From Azolla caroliniana (Eukaryota > Plantae > Polypodiophyta), in contig JBHGNT010000007.1 of the NCBI GenBank assembly GCA_043228905.1, positions 14,570,001-14,634,000 on the forward strand: a stretch of 64,000 bases of DNA, written 5' to 3'. Under the pieces are notes generated by a model. It made no database searches. It was not told where the DNA came from and worked only from the letters and a program-made list of their open reading frames with translations. A program made the position numbers and the translations under genes. Positions 27,701 through 41,563 of this stretch are shown here, in pieces (position 1 is the stretch's first letter; each line of letters begins with the position of its first letter).

Positions 27701-30700
27701 ACAACTGATTTCCCCGTATCCTCATCCCAGATGGCCAGCATGCAGCAGTATGACAAAAAGATCCAAGACAGCTGCCACCGCCTACGAGCCAAGCCCACAT
27801 CATCCCTCACCAAGCAATTCATGATCTAAGATAATGTCCTGCTTTTTTGCCAGGAAAGCAAGGAACCCCGGGTCTATGTGCCTAAGCAACTACACATGTC
27901 TTACCTTCATTTCTTCCCCGACCACCCGTTGTCTGGTCACCTAGGTTTCCACAAGTTGCTAGACAAAATCCATTGTAGATTCTACTGATCAGGGCTACGC
28001 CACGTGCATGCAATTCATGTCAAGCCATCAAATCACCTCAAGTGGCTCAACGCCGCTTACATCCGATACAGGTTCAGGCTCCATTTGAAATCATCAGATG
28101 GGACATTTTGGGTCCCTTCCCCGAATCACAAGAAGGAAACAAGTTCATCCTTGTAATAACCGGGTACTTGACGCGTTGGGCTAAGACGACCGTTATCCCA
28201 TATACGAAAGCTATGAGCATCGCCACCAAATTGCTAGAGAAAATTATATTTCCCCACAGCTGCCCACTCCAAATCTTGTCCAATCGGGGACCCCAGTTCA
28301 AAAGCGAGCTCCTATGTCTCGTTTCTACACAATTAGGAATCTAGCAATTATTTACGTCACCCCACCATTCATAGACAAATGGATTGACAGAGCACCTTAA
28401 CCGAACCTTAAAGCAACAAATCTCGCCTACATCGATCCTCTGCACTGGACTTGGGACGAGATCTTGCCCTTCATTACACACACCTACAACACAACTGTGC
28501 AAACCTCCACCTGCGGTAGCCCTTTCCAGACCCTCTCCGGCAGAGACACGCGCGTACCCCTTCAAGTTGCAATCCCCCAACCTATTGAGAAGCAAGCTCA
28601 ACAAAGGTATGTGATTCTTATTGAGAAATAAGCTATAGTGGCTATTAGCTAATTAGCTAATAGTGAACATAAAGGTGGAACAACTATTTAGCTATGCACA
28701 GCTATTTAGTTACTGACAGCTATTTAGCTACAGACAACAAATTAGCTACTGGCACCTAATTACCTGCATATATAAGTCACTTCTGTACTTAGGTAAAAAG
28801 TAAGTGTAGTAAGTATAAAAGAAAAGTAAGTAAGAGAGAGAGTTGTAAGGATAGAAAACAGAAAACTGACAACAGCGAGTTGAGCTCTACAGGTAATGCA
28901 ATAGAAGCTTTTGGACTGTGCAGAGCTAAGCCTCCTTCCCTTTCCTTTCTGTCTTGAGCACTAAACGATCCAGCACATCACGATCTGTTGTGCGCACAAA
29001 GAGCCGTAGTGCCTTCGTAACATGGTATCAAAGCAGAGTTGCCCGTAAATAAGATTGGAATAGTACAAATCTGAGAAGTTTGGTTCTGGTTGCTGATCTG
29101 AATCAGAGAGTTGTCTGTGAAGTTAATCATAACAAAAGCCCTAATTGAAAGAGAGAATGACTGCTGAGAATGGAAGCCAAATAGTCACAGAAAAATTAGA
29201 TAAAAACAATTTCCCGGCGTGGAAATTCGGAATGACAAATTTCCTGATGGGTACAGGATATTGGGATTACATTGAAGGAGACCTAGAAGAGGCTTTAGAG
29301 ATCCCTAGAGAAAATGCAGCTACTACATAGATTAAAGCATTTAAGGAATGGAATCAAGGGGCAAGGAAAGTATTGCATTGGCTCTCACTTAGCATCTCGG
29401 ATTCGATGCTTGGACACATACAGAATGCTATGCTTCCAAAAGAAGCTTGGGACAATTTGGTAAAACTGTTTGCAGTGAACACAAAGGCTAGAAAGCTTCA
29501 GTTGAAGATTGAGCTAAATACCTTGGAAAAAGGTACGATGTCAATGAATGAGTATGCTCTGAAAATAAAGAGTATATGTGAATCACTTGCTTCTATCAAT
29601 GTGAAGGTAGAAGATGATGATAAGGTGGAAATATTCTTAAGAGGTTTAGGACCTCAATATAAAAGCTTCAAAACATCTATCCTCACAAGGGATAGCATCC
29701 CAAGTTATCCAGATCTAGTTTCAATGCTTGTAATGTAAGTTGAAAGACTGCGAGATGAGCGAAATATGTGAAGCATGCCAATATGGAAAGCAAAACAAGT
29801 TGCCTTTCCCTCATGAAAGACATGTAAGCAAAAATTTGTTGGATTTGGTACATACAGATGTATGGGAACCAACAAAAAATGCATCAATTAGTGGATGTAA
29901 GTTTTATGTAACATTTATTGATGATTGTTGAAGGAAAACATGGGTTTATTTCATGAAAGAGAAAAGTGAAATATTTGATTGATTACGTAAGTTTAAATGC
30001 ATGGTAGAAGAGCAGGCTGGAACTAGAATAAAATGCTTAAGATCTAATGGAGGAGGAGAGTACTTCTCAAATGAATTTTCTGATTTTCTATGTAATCAAG
30101 GAATAAGGAGACAGTTTACATGTAGATATATTGCATAGCAAAATGGAGTTGCTGAGAGAGAAAAAAGAACTCTAGTTAACATAGCAAGAGCCATGATGAC
30201 TGAAAAAAATATGCCATTATATTACTGGACAGATGTTGTAAACACAACAAACTTTATTCTAAATAGATGTATAACATCTGGAGTACATGAAGTAACTCCT
30301 GAAGAACTCCGGAAGGAAACCTAGCTTAGGACACTTAAAAGTGATTGGATGCCTTGCCTATGTTCATGTACCTGCTGAAGTAAGAAGTAAGCTTGATCCA
30401 AAAGCTGAAAAATGTGTTCTTGTTGGATATTCAGAGGAGCAAAAAGGGTATAGATGCTACAACCCAAAACAAAATGTAGAAACTGATGAAGAATGTGAAA
30501 ATGAAGACAGAGAAAAATCTGAAAATGGAAGAGATATCCATGGAAATGGAAGCAATGTTGGACAGCAAAGTTCAACATCAATGGAAAGTATTGAACCATC
30601 TGGAAGCTCAGGCAGTAAATCTGAATCTAATGCATGGAGTGGAAATAATGCAAGACAGAAAATATGATGATAAAAAGGGAAAACAGAAGATGCCAGGATT

Positions 30701-33381
30701 TGAAATGCTTGATGATAGGTCTAGAAACATGGCAGATGTAGATTCAGACACATCATTGGATGATGAGCTTGGTATACGAGCCTTGAAAATCCCTGGTATG
30801 GAAAAGGCAATGAAAGATGCAAATCAGAAACTGAGAAGATCATATAGAGAGAAAAAGATTGTTGAAAGATTTGGCTATGACACATATATGGCTATGCATT
30901 ATGCATACATGTCTAAAGTGTTACAAATTCTTGATCCATGGAATTGATTATTGTTAATGTAAACGTGCAGAAGCATTAGATAGATCCGGGTCAACCAGAT
31001 AGCAACAGAGAATAAGATGAAGGTTTAATGGAGAAGCTTAATACGCAGAGAGTATACGCGGGAGAGAGAGAGAGAGAGAAAGCAGAACATAAACTCAATT
31101 CAAAATATCAATTGAAAACTCTGTACATACAATGTGCTAAACATCACTATTTATACAAGTCCATAAAGGACTTACAGAAGTATTGACAGGTACTTCAATA
31201 TTCCTACGTGAAACTAACACTAACTACAAGACAATGATTACCTAGTAGTATAGGCTACTACTAGGCTTCCAGTTCCCACTCGAATCCGGTTGTCTGATCC
31301 GTCTCCCCGATCCGGCCAGTTGTTTCCGGATACTGATCCGGCTCATCCTTCCCAATTCCGATCCGGCTCAGGCTTCTTAAGCCGATCCAAATCCGGTTGA
31401 GCTTGCTCGCTCAACACTCCCCCTCAAGCTCAACTTGAGGTCGGATCGTGGTGTTAGTGTCCGTGGTAGCCAGTTCTTCTACGCGGCAGCTTCTGGCGAT
31501 TGCTCCGCCTTGCTTGCGCTCCTCGTCCGGTCCGGTCCTGTTTGCCGCGACCCTTCTGGTTCTGCACACCTCGACCTCCTCGGTTGGCTTGTCTGCTCAA
31601 CAAGCCCATTTCAGCTCCCTCGTTGTTGCGACTCCGGCACTTGTCGACCCATCGGTTCCTTCGTGTTGGCATTGACTTCCGTTGTGACCGTGTCCGTTTG
31701 GCCTTTAGTTGATCCGGCTTCTCCGAATCTTGACCGAATCGGTTTCCTTTGATTCGTTCCAGCTCTTGTCCAAATCGGTTGCTCCCGATTCGTTCCGGCT
31801 CTTGTTTGAGTCGGTGTTCTCCAACTCGTCTTCCGGTTTCAGGCCCTTCACCGTATCAGACCATGTCCTTCCTGACTCTACCGTCGTTGCCGCTCGTTCC
31901 AACTTGTTCAGATGTGCCGACTTCCTTCGTCGACTCGGCTTCCTTTTTCCCTTTGTCTCCCCCTTTGTTGGTTCTTTCTTCCTCTCTGGTTCTTTGTTTG
32001 GTGCCATCCATTCCCTTTCCTTTTCTCCCCCTCAAGTGCGGCACGTCAAGGTGTTGAACACCAAGCATTTTGGTGAAGTGATGCAAATTGTCTTATCTGA
32101 GCGGTTTGGTGAAGATATCGGCAACTTGTCGATCCGTCTGAACATACCGAAGTTCAACTTCACCGCTCAAAACCCGCTCACGCACAAAGTGACAGTGGAC
32201 TTCTATGTGCTTTGTCTGAGCATGGAACATGGGGTTCTTGGTGAGCTGAAAACAACTCATGTTGTCACAGTAGATCAAGATCGGGGTCGGTACCTCAATT
32301 CGCAGGTCTTGCAGCAGTCACCAAAGCTAGATGGCTTCACAGGTGGCATTGGTAGCACCCCTATATTCAGCCTCAGTGCTCGACAAAGACATTGTTGGAT
32401 GCTTCTTGCTGCTCCACACAATAGCAGCGCTACCTAGAGAAAACATGTAACCAGAGGTGGATCGGCGATCCGATGCATCACCAGCCCAATCGGCATCGGT
32501 ATATCCTACTAGCTTCCCAGCTATATCGTGTCGGTATAACAGTCCCTGATCCTTCGTGCCGCTAACATACCGGAGTATCCGGTCTGCGCATTGAAGGTGC
32601 TCCACGATCGGCTTCTGCATGAACTGGCTGATCACTCCAACCGGGTAACTGAGGTCCGGTCGAGTGATTGTCAAGTATATGAGGCTTCCGACAATTTGTT
32701 GGAACTGTTTCTCATCACAGGCCCTTGGACGGAGCTTCTGGTTCCAGTCCAAGGGTGTGGACACATGTCGACATTCCGTCATGCTGAACTTGTACAGCAT
32801 ATTCCGCACATAGTGTCATTGTGAGAGCAATATGCCTTCGGGGGTTTGGATCACCTCGATCCCTAGAAAATAATGAAGGTCCCCCATGTCCTTCATTTCA
32901 AATGCGTCCGACAGCTGGACTTTACTCGGCCAATTTCATTGAGTTCGGGTCCAATGATAACTAAATCATCAACATAAAGTAGGATGCAAACTGGACCTTC
33001 ACGACCTTGCCAGATGAACAACCATGAGTCGGATTTAGAGGTCACAAACCCCATCTTACACAATCGGTGCATAATCTTTGCATTCCAAGCTCGGGTGGCT
33101 TGTTTCAGACCGTAAAGCAACTTCCTAAGCCAACACACAGCCGACTTGTTCATCTCCGACTGAAAACCAGGAGGTTGGATCATATAGAGGCATTCTTCAA
33201 GGTTAGCTTAAAGAAATGCATTCTTCACGTCCATCTGGTGAAGATGCCACCCCCTTGCCGCAACAACCGCCATGAGTTAGATTTAGAGGTCACAAACCCC
33301 ATCTTATGCAACCGGTGCGTAATCTTCGCATTCCAAGATCGCGGGTCTTGTTTCAGACCGTAAAGCGACTTCCTAAGACGG

Positions 33382-35723
33382 TGTCATGAAGATTTTCGGC
33401 AATGGTGTGAAAATCAAATAAATCGTACGAAATCGAGTGTGATTCATATAAAACAATAATATTGAAGATATTAATTTAAATATGTTTAATATCTTCGTAC
33501 AAAAACATGGAGGTCTTCAAGAGCTTTCAAATGTGCTTTACCACATAAAAAACGGACATCTAAGTGACAAGTTATGTGGGATTGAAGTATTAAAAGGAAG
33601 AAGAGAAAAATAAAATTGTCAGATATCCCACATAGACAGGAAATAAGGGTCTCACCATATATAAGGTAGAGCAAAAGCTATTATCTTTGTGTCTATGTGT
33701 GGAGCATAGAGAGTTCAAGGTGACTTGAACTAAGCTATTGGATGAATGGGTATGGCCTGGCTACTTGCAAAGGTTTTGCCCAACCAAAACCGGACCGGCA
33801 ACGTAACCGGGACCCGGTCACCGGCATCCGGCATCCGGCAACCGACGGTAACCGTTGACATCCAGCATCTGGCGACCGGATAGATATATAAATAAATAAA
33901 TAAATATATGCATACACAAGGAGTGCAAGTGTAGATATGAACCTTGCACCTCCAGGTTGAGAAGTCTATAGGCTTACCACTACGCCAAGACAATTTCTTG
34001 AAATAATATTTTTATCAACATGTAAATTCTCATACATGAGAGCTAAAATGAGTGACGTGGTTATCATGCACCACATGTAATACATGAGTGCCAAATGGCA
34101 AACATGCATTTTATGCATGTCTTAAACCCTCAAATGCATTAGGGCATCTATAAAAGAGGGGATGAAAAAGATCAAAGGGGGATTTTGTAATGTAAAACTA
34201 TTATGAAGAGCTTTGTACTTTATATCAAAATTAAAATTAAAAGTAAGAAATTTGTTATCCAATTGATGATATATCTTGTCTCTCAAAAACTCTCTCTGAA
34301 TCTAAAAGTCAAGAGTTTTATCTTATCTCAATCTCTCTCTCTTTCAATCTATCTTAAATCCTTTCTCGCTAAAGCTAGCGCCAACTTCGTGTCCTTCCGG
34401 TCCAAAACCCCGGCGGTTCCGCTTCACGATCAGCGCATAGTGACGGATCTTCACGACATAATTAAGTGGTGAACCCGACGTGAAAGAGGCGGCAGGAAGG
34501 ATCAAATCGAGGATCAACCGATACTTGGAGATGACATCCTCAAGCAATCAAGCGGGAGAGTTCGAGAGGTTGATGTTGATCGTCGAACAAATGATGAGAT
34601 CTCGACACAACGATGCGAGCATGGGAAAGGCCGTCGACCGTGTCGTTGAGCTCGAGGGTCAATTTGACGGAAGGAACATTACGGAGTTACTTGATGCATA
34701 CATAAGGGAGATGAATCAAAGGGACGTGTCCAAAGCACGTCAAATCGTAAGTTTCAAGAAGTGGTCGCCAACAACGTCCAAAGGCGCGTCGTCGAGCTTC
34801 AAGAAGGGAAGACAACATGGTCTGGGTTCGAGAAAGCGATACTAGCGGAGTTCACAACGGAAGATTTGTCGAGGATGACTCGACATGCTTTGATGAAGTG
34901 GATAGAAAAGAAAAATAAGAAGATGAGTGCCTCGAGGGTGTACAACGAGTTCAACCAAATGTTTAGTCGTCTCCCCAACACAGCCCAAGTGTTGCTTGAG
35001 CAGGACAAGACTTTGTACTTCTTGAAAGCCGTGGACATGAAGGATAGACGAGAGTTAGGGACTCTCCTCGAAGATGATACCCAAGCGAAGGGGCTTGTGG
35101 CGGACTAGGTTGCGGTGAAGCAAGCATGCAACAAGATTGACAGACGTCATCAATGGCTTGATGACATTGACTTGATAAGGCCGAGCGTGGGGAAAGAAAA
35201 ACCATCTAAAGAAGTCGAGATGCCTAAACAACGCATCCAACATGAAAAGAAGATTGATGATGACTCGAGGACGATGACGGCCATTTCAAAGGAGGTCGAA
35301 TGTTTCGGAGCATGTGTCGTGTTCGAAACAATGGATGATGGAACAAGCCAAATCGAAGCTTGCATCAATGGAGATAAAGAGAGCGAGGCTAGTATAATTG
35401 AGGATCTAAACGCTAAAGACGACATTAAGGAGGTGACTATAAAAAGGATAACAAGCATCGACAATGACCATGGTCGGATTTTCTCCACACATGCTCCAGA
35501 GACTTGGGCAGTTGCGTCAAAGAACCAACGTGAGACCCAAGAGACAGAAGGTGTCGGCGAGGAGCCGAAGGTCGAAAAGAATACATGCGACAAAGAGAGA
35601 AGGATAATCGAAGTTTGCTCGATGAAGAAGGTCAATGGGTGCGAAGCCCATGAGATTGAAGAGATAGCCACGAAAAATGACATCGAGTCGGAGATGGCTA
35701 TGAACAAGTCAATGGCGGATGGT
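33382..35723 (+). mobile_element. Truncated Gypsy G: 5' LTR (33382-34458), tRNA-Trp PBS, gag; related to Gypsy A
   Basis: TGTCA...CGACA LTR; PBS TGGTGAACCCGACGTGAA 34467-34484; gag ORFs 34480-35768 similar to 7439-8017 (FDGRNIT..L.AY; L..DW..VK..C..ID.R). Confidence 0.85.
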
Positions 35724-36840
35724 TGTAAACAATTGCTTGCAGAAGCGTTAGAAAAACAGACAAATTAGGGAAAACACAAAGTACATGGGAGAGATAGAGA
35801 GAGCAGAACGTAAAAGCTATATTCAAAAATGATATATGCCTCTGTCATTTACAATTGTGCTCAGTAGCACTATTTATACAAGTCCTCATGGGACTGACAG
35901 AAGTACCGCGTACTTCAATGCTCACACGAGCTTCTGACACTTACTACGAGACTATAATTGCCTAGTAGTCTAAACTAATACTAGGCTTCCCGGTCGATTG
36001 GACCCGACTAACCGGCTCCCCAGCTCACCAGCTCTGTTGCTTGCCGGCTTACCGATCCGTCTTGCTTGTCGGCTCAGGCTTATTCAGCCGATCTGGCTCC
36101 AGTTGACCTTGCCGCTTCAACACTGCCCCTCAAACTCAACTTGAGGTTGGATCCTAGTGTCAATCTCTGTGGCAGTCGGTTCTTCCAACCGACTTCTCCT
36201 AGCGTCGCTCCGCCTTGCTCGCGCTCCTCGTCCGGTCCGGTTCAGTTTGCCACAACCCCTCTTGTTCTGCGCGCCTCGACTTTCTCTATCGGTATGTCTG
36301 CTCAATAGGCCCCTCTCAGCTCCTTCGCTGCTATGACTCCGGCGCTTATCGATCCGTCGCTTCCTCCGTGATGGCATCGACTTCCGCTGCATCCGTGTCT
36401 GCTTGGCCTTGAATTGATCCGGTTCTTCCGAATCTATCTTTTGAACCAAATCAACTGTCTCCGATTCGTTCCAGCTCTTGTCCGAATCGGTTGCTCCCGA
36501 TTCCGGTTCTTCCGAATCTATCTTTTGAACCGAATCGACTGTCTTCGATTCGTTCCAGCTCTTGTCCGAATCTGTTGCTCCCGATTCGTCTTCTGGTTCC
36601 AAGCCCTTCACCACATCAGACCATGTCCGGGTCTTGGCCTTCTTCCTTCGGTTGGCTCTGTCCTTCTTGACTTTGCCGCCTTCTGTTCTTCACTCACCGG
36701 CGCAATCGGCAGTCTCTTTGCCTTTGCCCGTTCTCCCCCTCAAGTGTGGCACGTCGAGATGTTGAACACCAAGCATTTCGGTGAAGTGCTGCAACTTGTC
36801 TGATCCGAGCGGCTTGGTGAAGATGTCGGCTACTTGCCGG
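35724..36840 (-). mobile_element. Copia H 3' end (3' LTR ~35724-36122, PPT, 3' extension, RNase H tail), relative of Copia F
   Basis: LTR diverged but alignable to 30952-31416; rc PPT 36123-36134; ADIFTKPL..LDVPHLRG motif; fused by deletion at ~36840 to integrase sequence. Confidence 0.8.
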
Positions 36841-39800
36841 TTCTTCATCTGACTCAGCCACTCATTCGGTCCACTGAGCCGGAATGAGATCGGACTCTCT
36901 TCTAGAGTGCTAAAGTCTTCATCTTCTACCTGAGCTCCTCGGGCTCACTAGCCTCATCTTCTAGAATCAGGTCTTCATCGGGAGTTGGAGTCGGTAAGGA
37001 GTACCATGATACCGTCTCATCAAACTCGACATCTCGGCTTACTGGGACCTACTTAGTCCGAGGGTTATAGCACTTATACCCCTTCTGCTCATGCGAGTAG
37101 CCAACTAGGATGCATTACTCCGACTTCGGATTTAGCTTCTTCCGCTTCTTATCTGGTACATGCACATATGCTATGCTACCGAATATCCGAAGGTGTCTCA
37201 AATTCGGCTTCTGCCCAAAATACATCTCATGTGATGTTACCTTGTCTCCGATCCGGTTTTGATGTAGACGGCCATCCGGACCGCCTCAGCCCAGTAGAAT
37301 TGGGGCATGCTCTTCTCCTCTAGCATTGCCTTTGCCGCGTCAACAATCAACCGGTTCTTCCTTTCGGCCACACTGTTTTGCTCTGGTGTGTATTTGCAGC
37401 TGAATTCTCACCGAATTTCGTTCTGCTACAAATAATTGTTGAATTGACCGAAAAAGTATTCTTTTCCGCCATCCGAGCGCAGGCACTTGATCTTCCTCTC
37501 CATTTCCCGTTCAACTAATCTTTAAAGGTTTCGGAAACATTCGAAGACTTCACACTTCCTCTCAATGAAGTAGATCCATGTGTGCCGGCTGTAGTTGTCG
37601 ATGAAGGAGACGAAGTATTGACTCCCGTCAAGATTAACATTTTGTGTCGGTCCACATACATCCGAATGGATTAGATCGAGCTTGTTACGGCTCCGGTTTC
37701 ATTCGGTGGGGAATGGAAGCCGGTGTTGCTTCCCGAGTTGGCAGGCTTCACAAATTTCGGCCTTCCGGCCGCTAAATTTTGGCTAACCGAAGACAACTTG
37801 TTTCGATTGCAGGTCCTGAAGCCTCCGGTAGTTGACATCGTCGATCCGCTTGTGCCACAGGTCGATGTCCGACTCGACCTTCTGCCCTTTGGCAAACATG
37901 GCGGTGCCAACGTCATTGGTGTTGAGGATGAACATCCTCCCTTCTCTGCACCCTTGCGCAATTATCCAGCATTCTTCCTCGATGAAACACCCTAGGTGTG
38001 TAAACCACACCTACATCCCCTGGTCGACGATTTGTCCAACCGACACCAAGTTCTTTGTGATAGTCAAAACGCGTAGTACGTTCATCAGCTTCCCCTTTTG
38101 TCTTACATGGCTTAAAGGGACTTCTCCGACATGCACAATCGGGTGAGAGGTGTCGTCTCTGGTTTCGACAATCCCCGGTTGTTCCGGCTTCTCCAAAAAA
38201 GAGAACCACTCTTCATGGCTCGTCATGTGGTTGGACGCTCCGGAATCAACATACCATACTTCCTTCAATTTGGAAGTAGTCTTCTTCATCGAGTTAACCT
38301 TGTGCTTCATCACGAAGGCTAGCCTTTCCTTTCCTTTCCTTTCCGGTTCCCGGCGCTGCTTTGACTCCCCCTGCTTGTGGAGATTCCAGAACTGCTGTCA
38401 GCACCACCTCTGTGCCTCCGGTGCTGCTCTTGTCGACAGTCTCCACTGAATGCTGACCCACCTCATCCACCACGTCCATGGGGCCGATCTATCTCCGTGT
38501 ACAGCATCCGGTTTTCCTATTGAGTGGTCCTTGACCCACTCGCATGGTTTTCTTTGACCATAAGCATCGATTGCAAGTTGAAGAAAGAAGGTGGTTTCTC
38601 CCGGGTGCAGATCGTTGTCCGGATTGGCCCGTACCTTTGCGCTAGACCACCGAGGCAGATTTGTACCATCTCATCTTCGTCCACCATCACATTGATGAAC
38701 CCGAGTGCATCGCAAATCTCCTTTATCTTGGTGGTGTAATCTGTAACCGACATGTCTCCTTGCCGAATGTTGTTCAACTCTCGCTGGAACTACAACTTAC
38801 AAGTTGTGGTACTCGCGGCGAAAAGCTTCCTCAGATTTCCCCAGGCATCCTTTAGCGTCTTTGCATCCTTGATGTAGCCGAGCATCTGATCGTGCACACA
38901 AGACGCGAGGCAATAGAATACTGGGCTCGCTCCTTGCTTCCATACCGGGAAGTCATTGTGTGTCGGCTCCGGCGCTACCTCGTTCGTTCCTTCCATGAAG
39001 CTCCAATATCCATGCCCCAGTAGGTATTGGTGCATCTTGTATGACCAGGACGCGTAGTTGCTCCAGTCGAGCTTCTCTGTTGGAAGTGAACTCGTCATTC
39101 CTCTATCTATATCTTCTCTCTATCTCTTGTTACCGGGTTCTAGGGTTCGTCTACGGAAGCAAGTGTCGGTTGCAAAGGTTCTCAACCCTCGCGCTCTGAT
39201 ACCATGTTAATGTAAACGTGTGGAAGCGTTAGATAGAACTAGCTCGGCCAGATAGCAACAGAGAATACGATGAAGGTTTAATGGAGAAGCTTAATACACA
39301 GAGAGTATACGCGGGAGAGAGAGAGAGAGAGCAAAACATAAACTCAATTCAAAATATCACTCTAAAACTCTGTACATACAACGTGCTAAACATCAATATT
39401 TATACCAGTCCATAAAGGACTGACAGGTACTTCAATATTCCTACGTGCGACTGACACTAACTACGAGACAATGATTACCTAGTAGTCTAGGCTACTACTA
39501 GGCTTCCAGTTCCCGCTCGAATCTGGCTCTATGATTCGTCTCCTCGATCCGGCCGGTTGTTTCTGGATACCGATCCGACTCATCCTTATGGATGCCAATC
39601 GGCTCAGGCTTCTTCAGCCGATCTGGATCCGGTTGAGCTTGCTCGCTCAACAATTATGATGAAACATTTGCACCAATTGCAAAAATGGCAACCTTGAGAA
39701 CAGTACTTGCTATGAGTGCAGCCAAAAGATGGGTTCTACACCATATGGATGTAAAAACTGTTTTTCTACATGGTAACTTAGGAGAAGAAGTGTATATGTG

Positions 39801-41563
39801 TCAACCACCAGGTTTTGAAGATAAGAAGCATCAAGAATATGTATGTAGGCTGAAAAAGGCTCTCTATGGACTGAAACAAGCACCAAGGGCATGGCATAAA
39901 GAACTTTCAGAATCCCTAAAAAAATTTGCTTTCAAAATTTCAAGGGTTGATCCATCATTATATGTAAAGAAGATAAATGATTGCATTGTTGTTATCTTGA
40001 TATATGTTGATGACTTAATCATTAGAGATGATTCCACGGATGAAATAAGAAAGCTGGAAAAAAATCTAGAAACGAAATTTCATATGAAAGATTTGGGAGA
40101 GCTGAGATACGTTCTTGGCATTGAGATGATCAGATCTGAAAGTGGTATATATATGTTGAAAAAACAGTATGCAATAACTATGTTGAAGAAGTATGGTATG
40201 CTTGGATGCAAACCTATCGGTATACCACTAGATAAGAACTACAAATTGAGGGTTGATTTGGGAGCCAAAATACAATATGTAAACATGTACATGTCTATGG
40301 TGGGCAGCCTCATATATTTGACCATAACAAGACCTTATTTGAGTTATGTTGTTGGATTAGTCAACCAGTTTATGCAACAGCCAACAAAGCCACACTTGGA
40401 CTACATAAGAAGAATTTTGAGGTATGTAAAAGCTACTCAAAATTATGGGCTGTTTTACAAAGCTGATTTGGACATAAAGTTGGAAGGATATACAGATGTT
40501 GATTGGGCTGGAAACCAAACTGACAAAAGATCCACAAGTGGATATATGTTTACATTGGGAAGTGCAGTTATTTCATGGAGTAGCAAGAAACAAGCTATTG
40601 TTGCACTATCAAGTACTGAAGTTGAATAGAGAGGAGTTGCAATAGCCACCTGTGAAGACATATGGATCAAAAGATTGCTTTCTGATTTGGGAGAGTATAT
40701 AGATGGTGCAGTCACAATTTGGTGTGACAATATGAGCAACATTCAGCTGGCAAAAAACCCAGTGTTCCATGCAAGAACTAAGCACATTGAAGTGCATTAT
40801 CACTTTGTTAGAGAAAAATTGATTGATGGAGAAGTGGATCTGTTCTATGTAAGTACAAATCAGCAAGTTGTTGATATTCTTACAAAGGGATTGAGCATGG
40901 AAAAACATACACAGTTTAGAGACATGATGGGAGTTATAACCATCGGCATTGTAGCTGAAAAGCATGAAGAAAAGAAGATTGAACATGATCCCAAGAAACG
41001 ATAAGTTGAGCTTGAGGGAGAGTGTTGCGAAGCAAGCTCAACAAAGGTATGTGATGCTTATTGAGAAATAAGCTATAGTAGTTATTAGCTAATTAGCTAC
41101 TAGTGGACATAAAGGTGAGACAGTTATTTAGCTACAGACAACTAATTAATTAGTTGCATATATAAGTCACTTATGTACTTAGGTAAAAAGTAAGTGTAGT
41201 AAGTATAAAAGAAAAGTGAGTAAGAGAGAGAGTTGTAAGAATAGAAAACAGAAAACTAACGAGAGCGAGTTGAGCTCTGCGGATAATGCAATAGAAGCTT
41301 TTGGACTGTGCAGAGGTAAGCCTCCTTCCCCTTTCTTTCTGTCTTGAGCACTAAACAATCCAACACATCATGTGACGGGAACTCAAGGCTCCTTTTACGC
41401 AACGCTCAGCCACAACCAAGCTTAGAATCATACACAGAAAACGGGAAATAAAGCACGATATGAAGAAGAGAAGAGTACGCAGGATGTTTACGTGGAAAAC
41501 CCAAACTGAGGGAAAAACCACGGCAACCCACAGGCTGCAAACTAACACTATGTTAGAATGTAC

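Larger units (their letters stand above)
30952..39652 (-). mobile_element. Ty1/Copia F (composite after internal deletion) inserted in Copia E RT
   Basis: LTRs 30952-31416 and 39205-39652; TSD ATTAT (30947-30951/39653-39657) restoring HGIDYDETFAP; PBS rc 39193-39204; PPT rc 31417-31428; gag 38517-39098, PR/INT 36850-38313, RT/RH 32050-33381. Confidence 0.9.

Noticed and set aside
31709-32437. 242-aa plus-strand ORF as an antisense TE gene
   Set aside because: It overlaps the conserved RNase H antisense strand, has no recognisable motifs and is broken in the related Copia H
34467-34484. tRNA gene fragment
   Set aside because: Only an 18-nt antisense match starting with TGG next to an LTR, so a PBS
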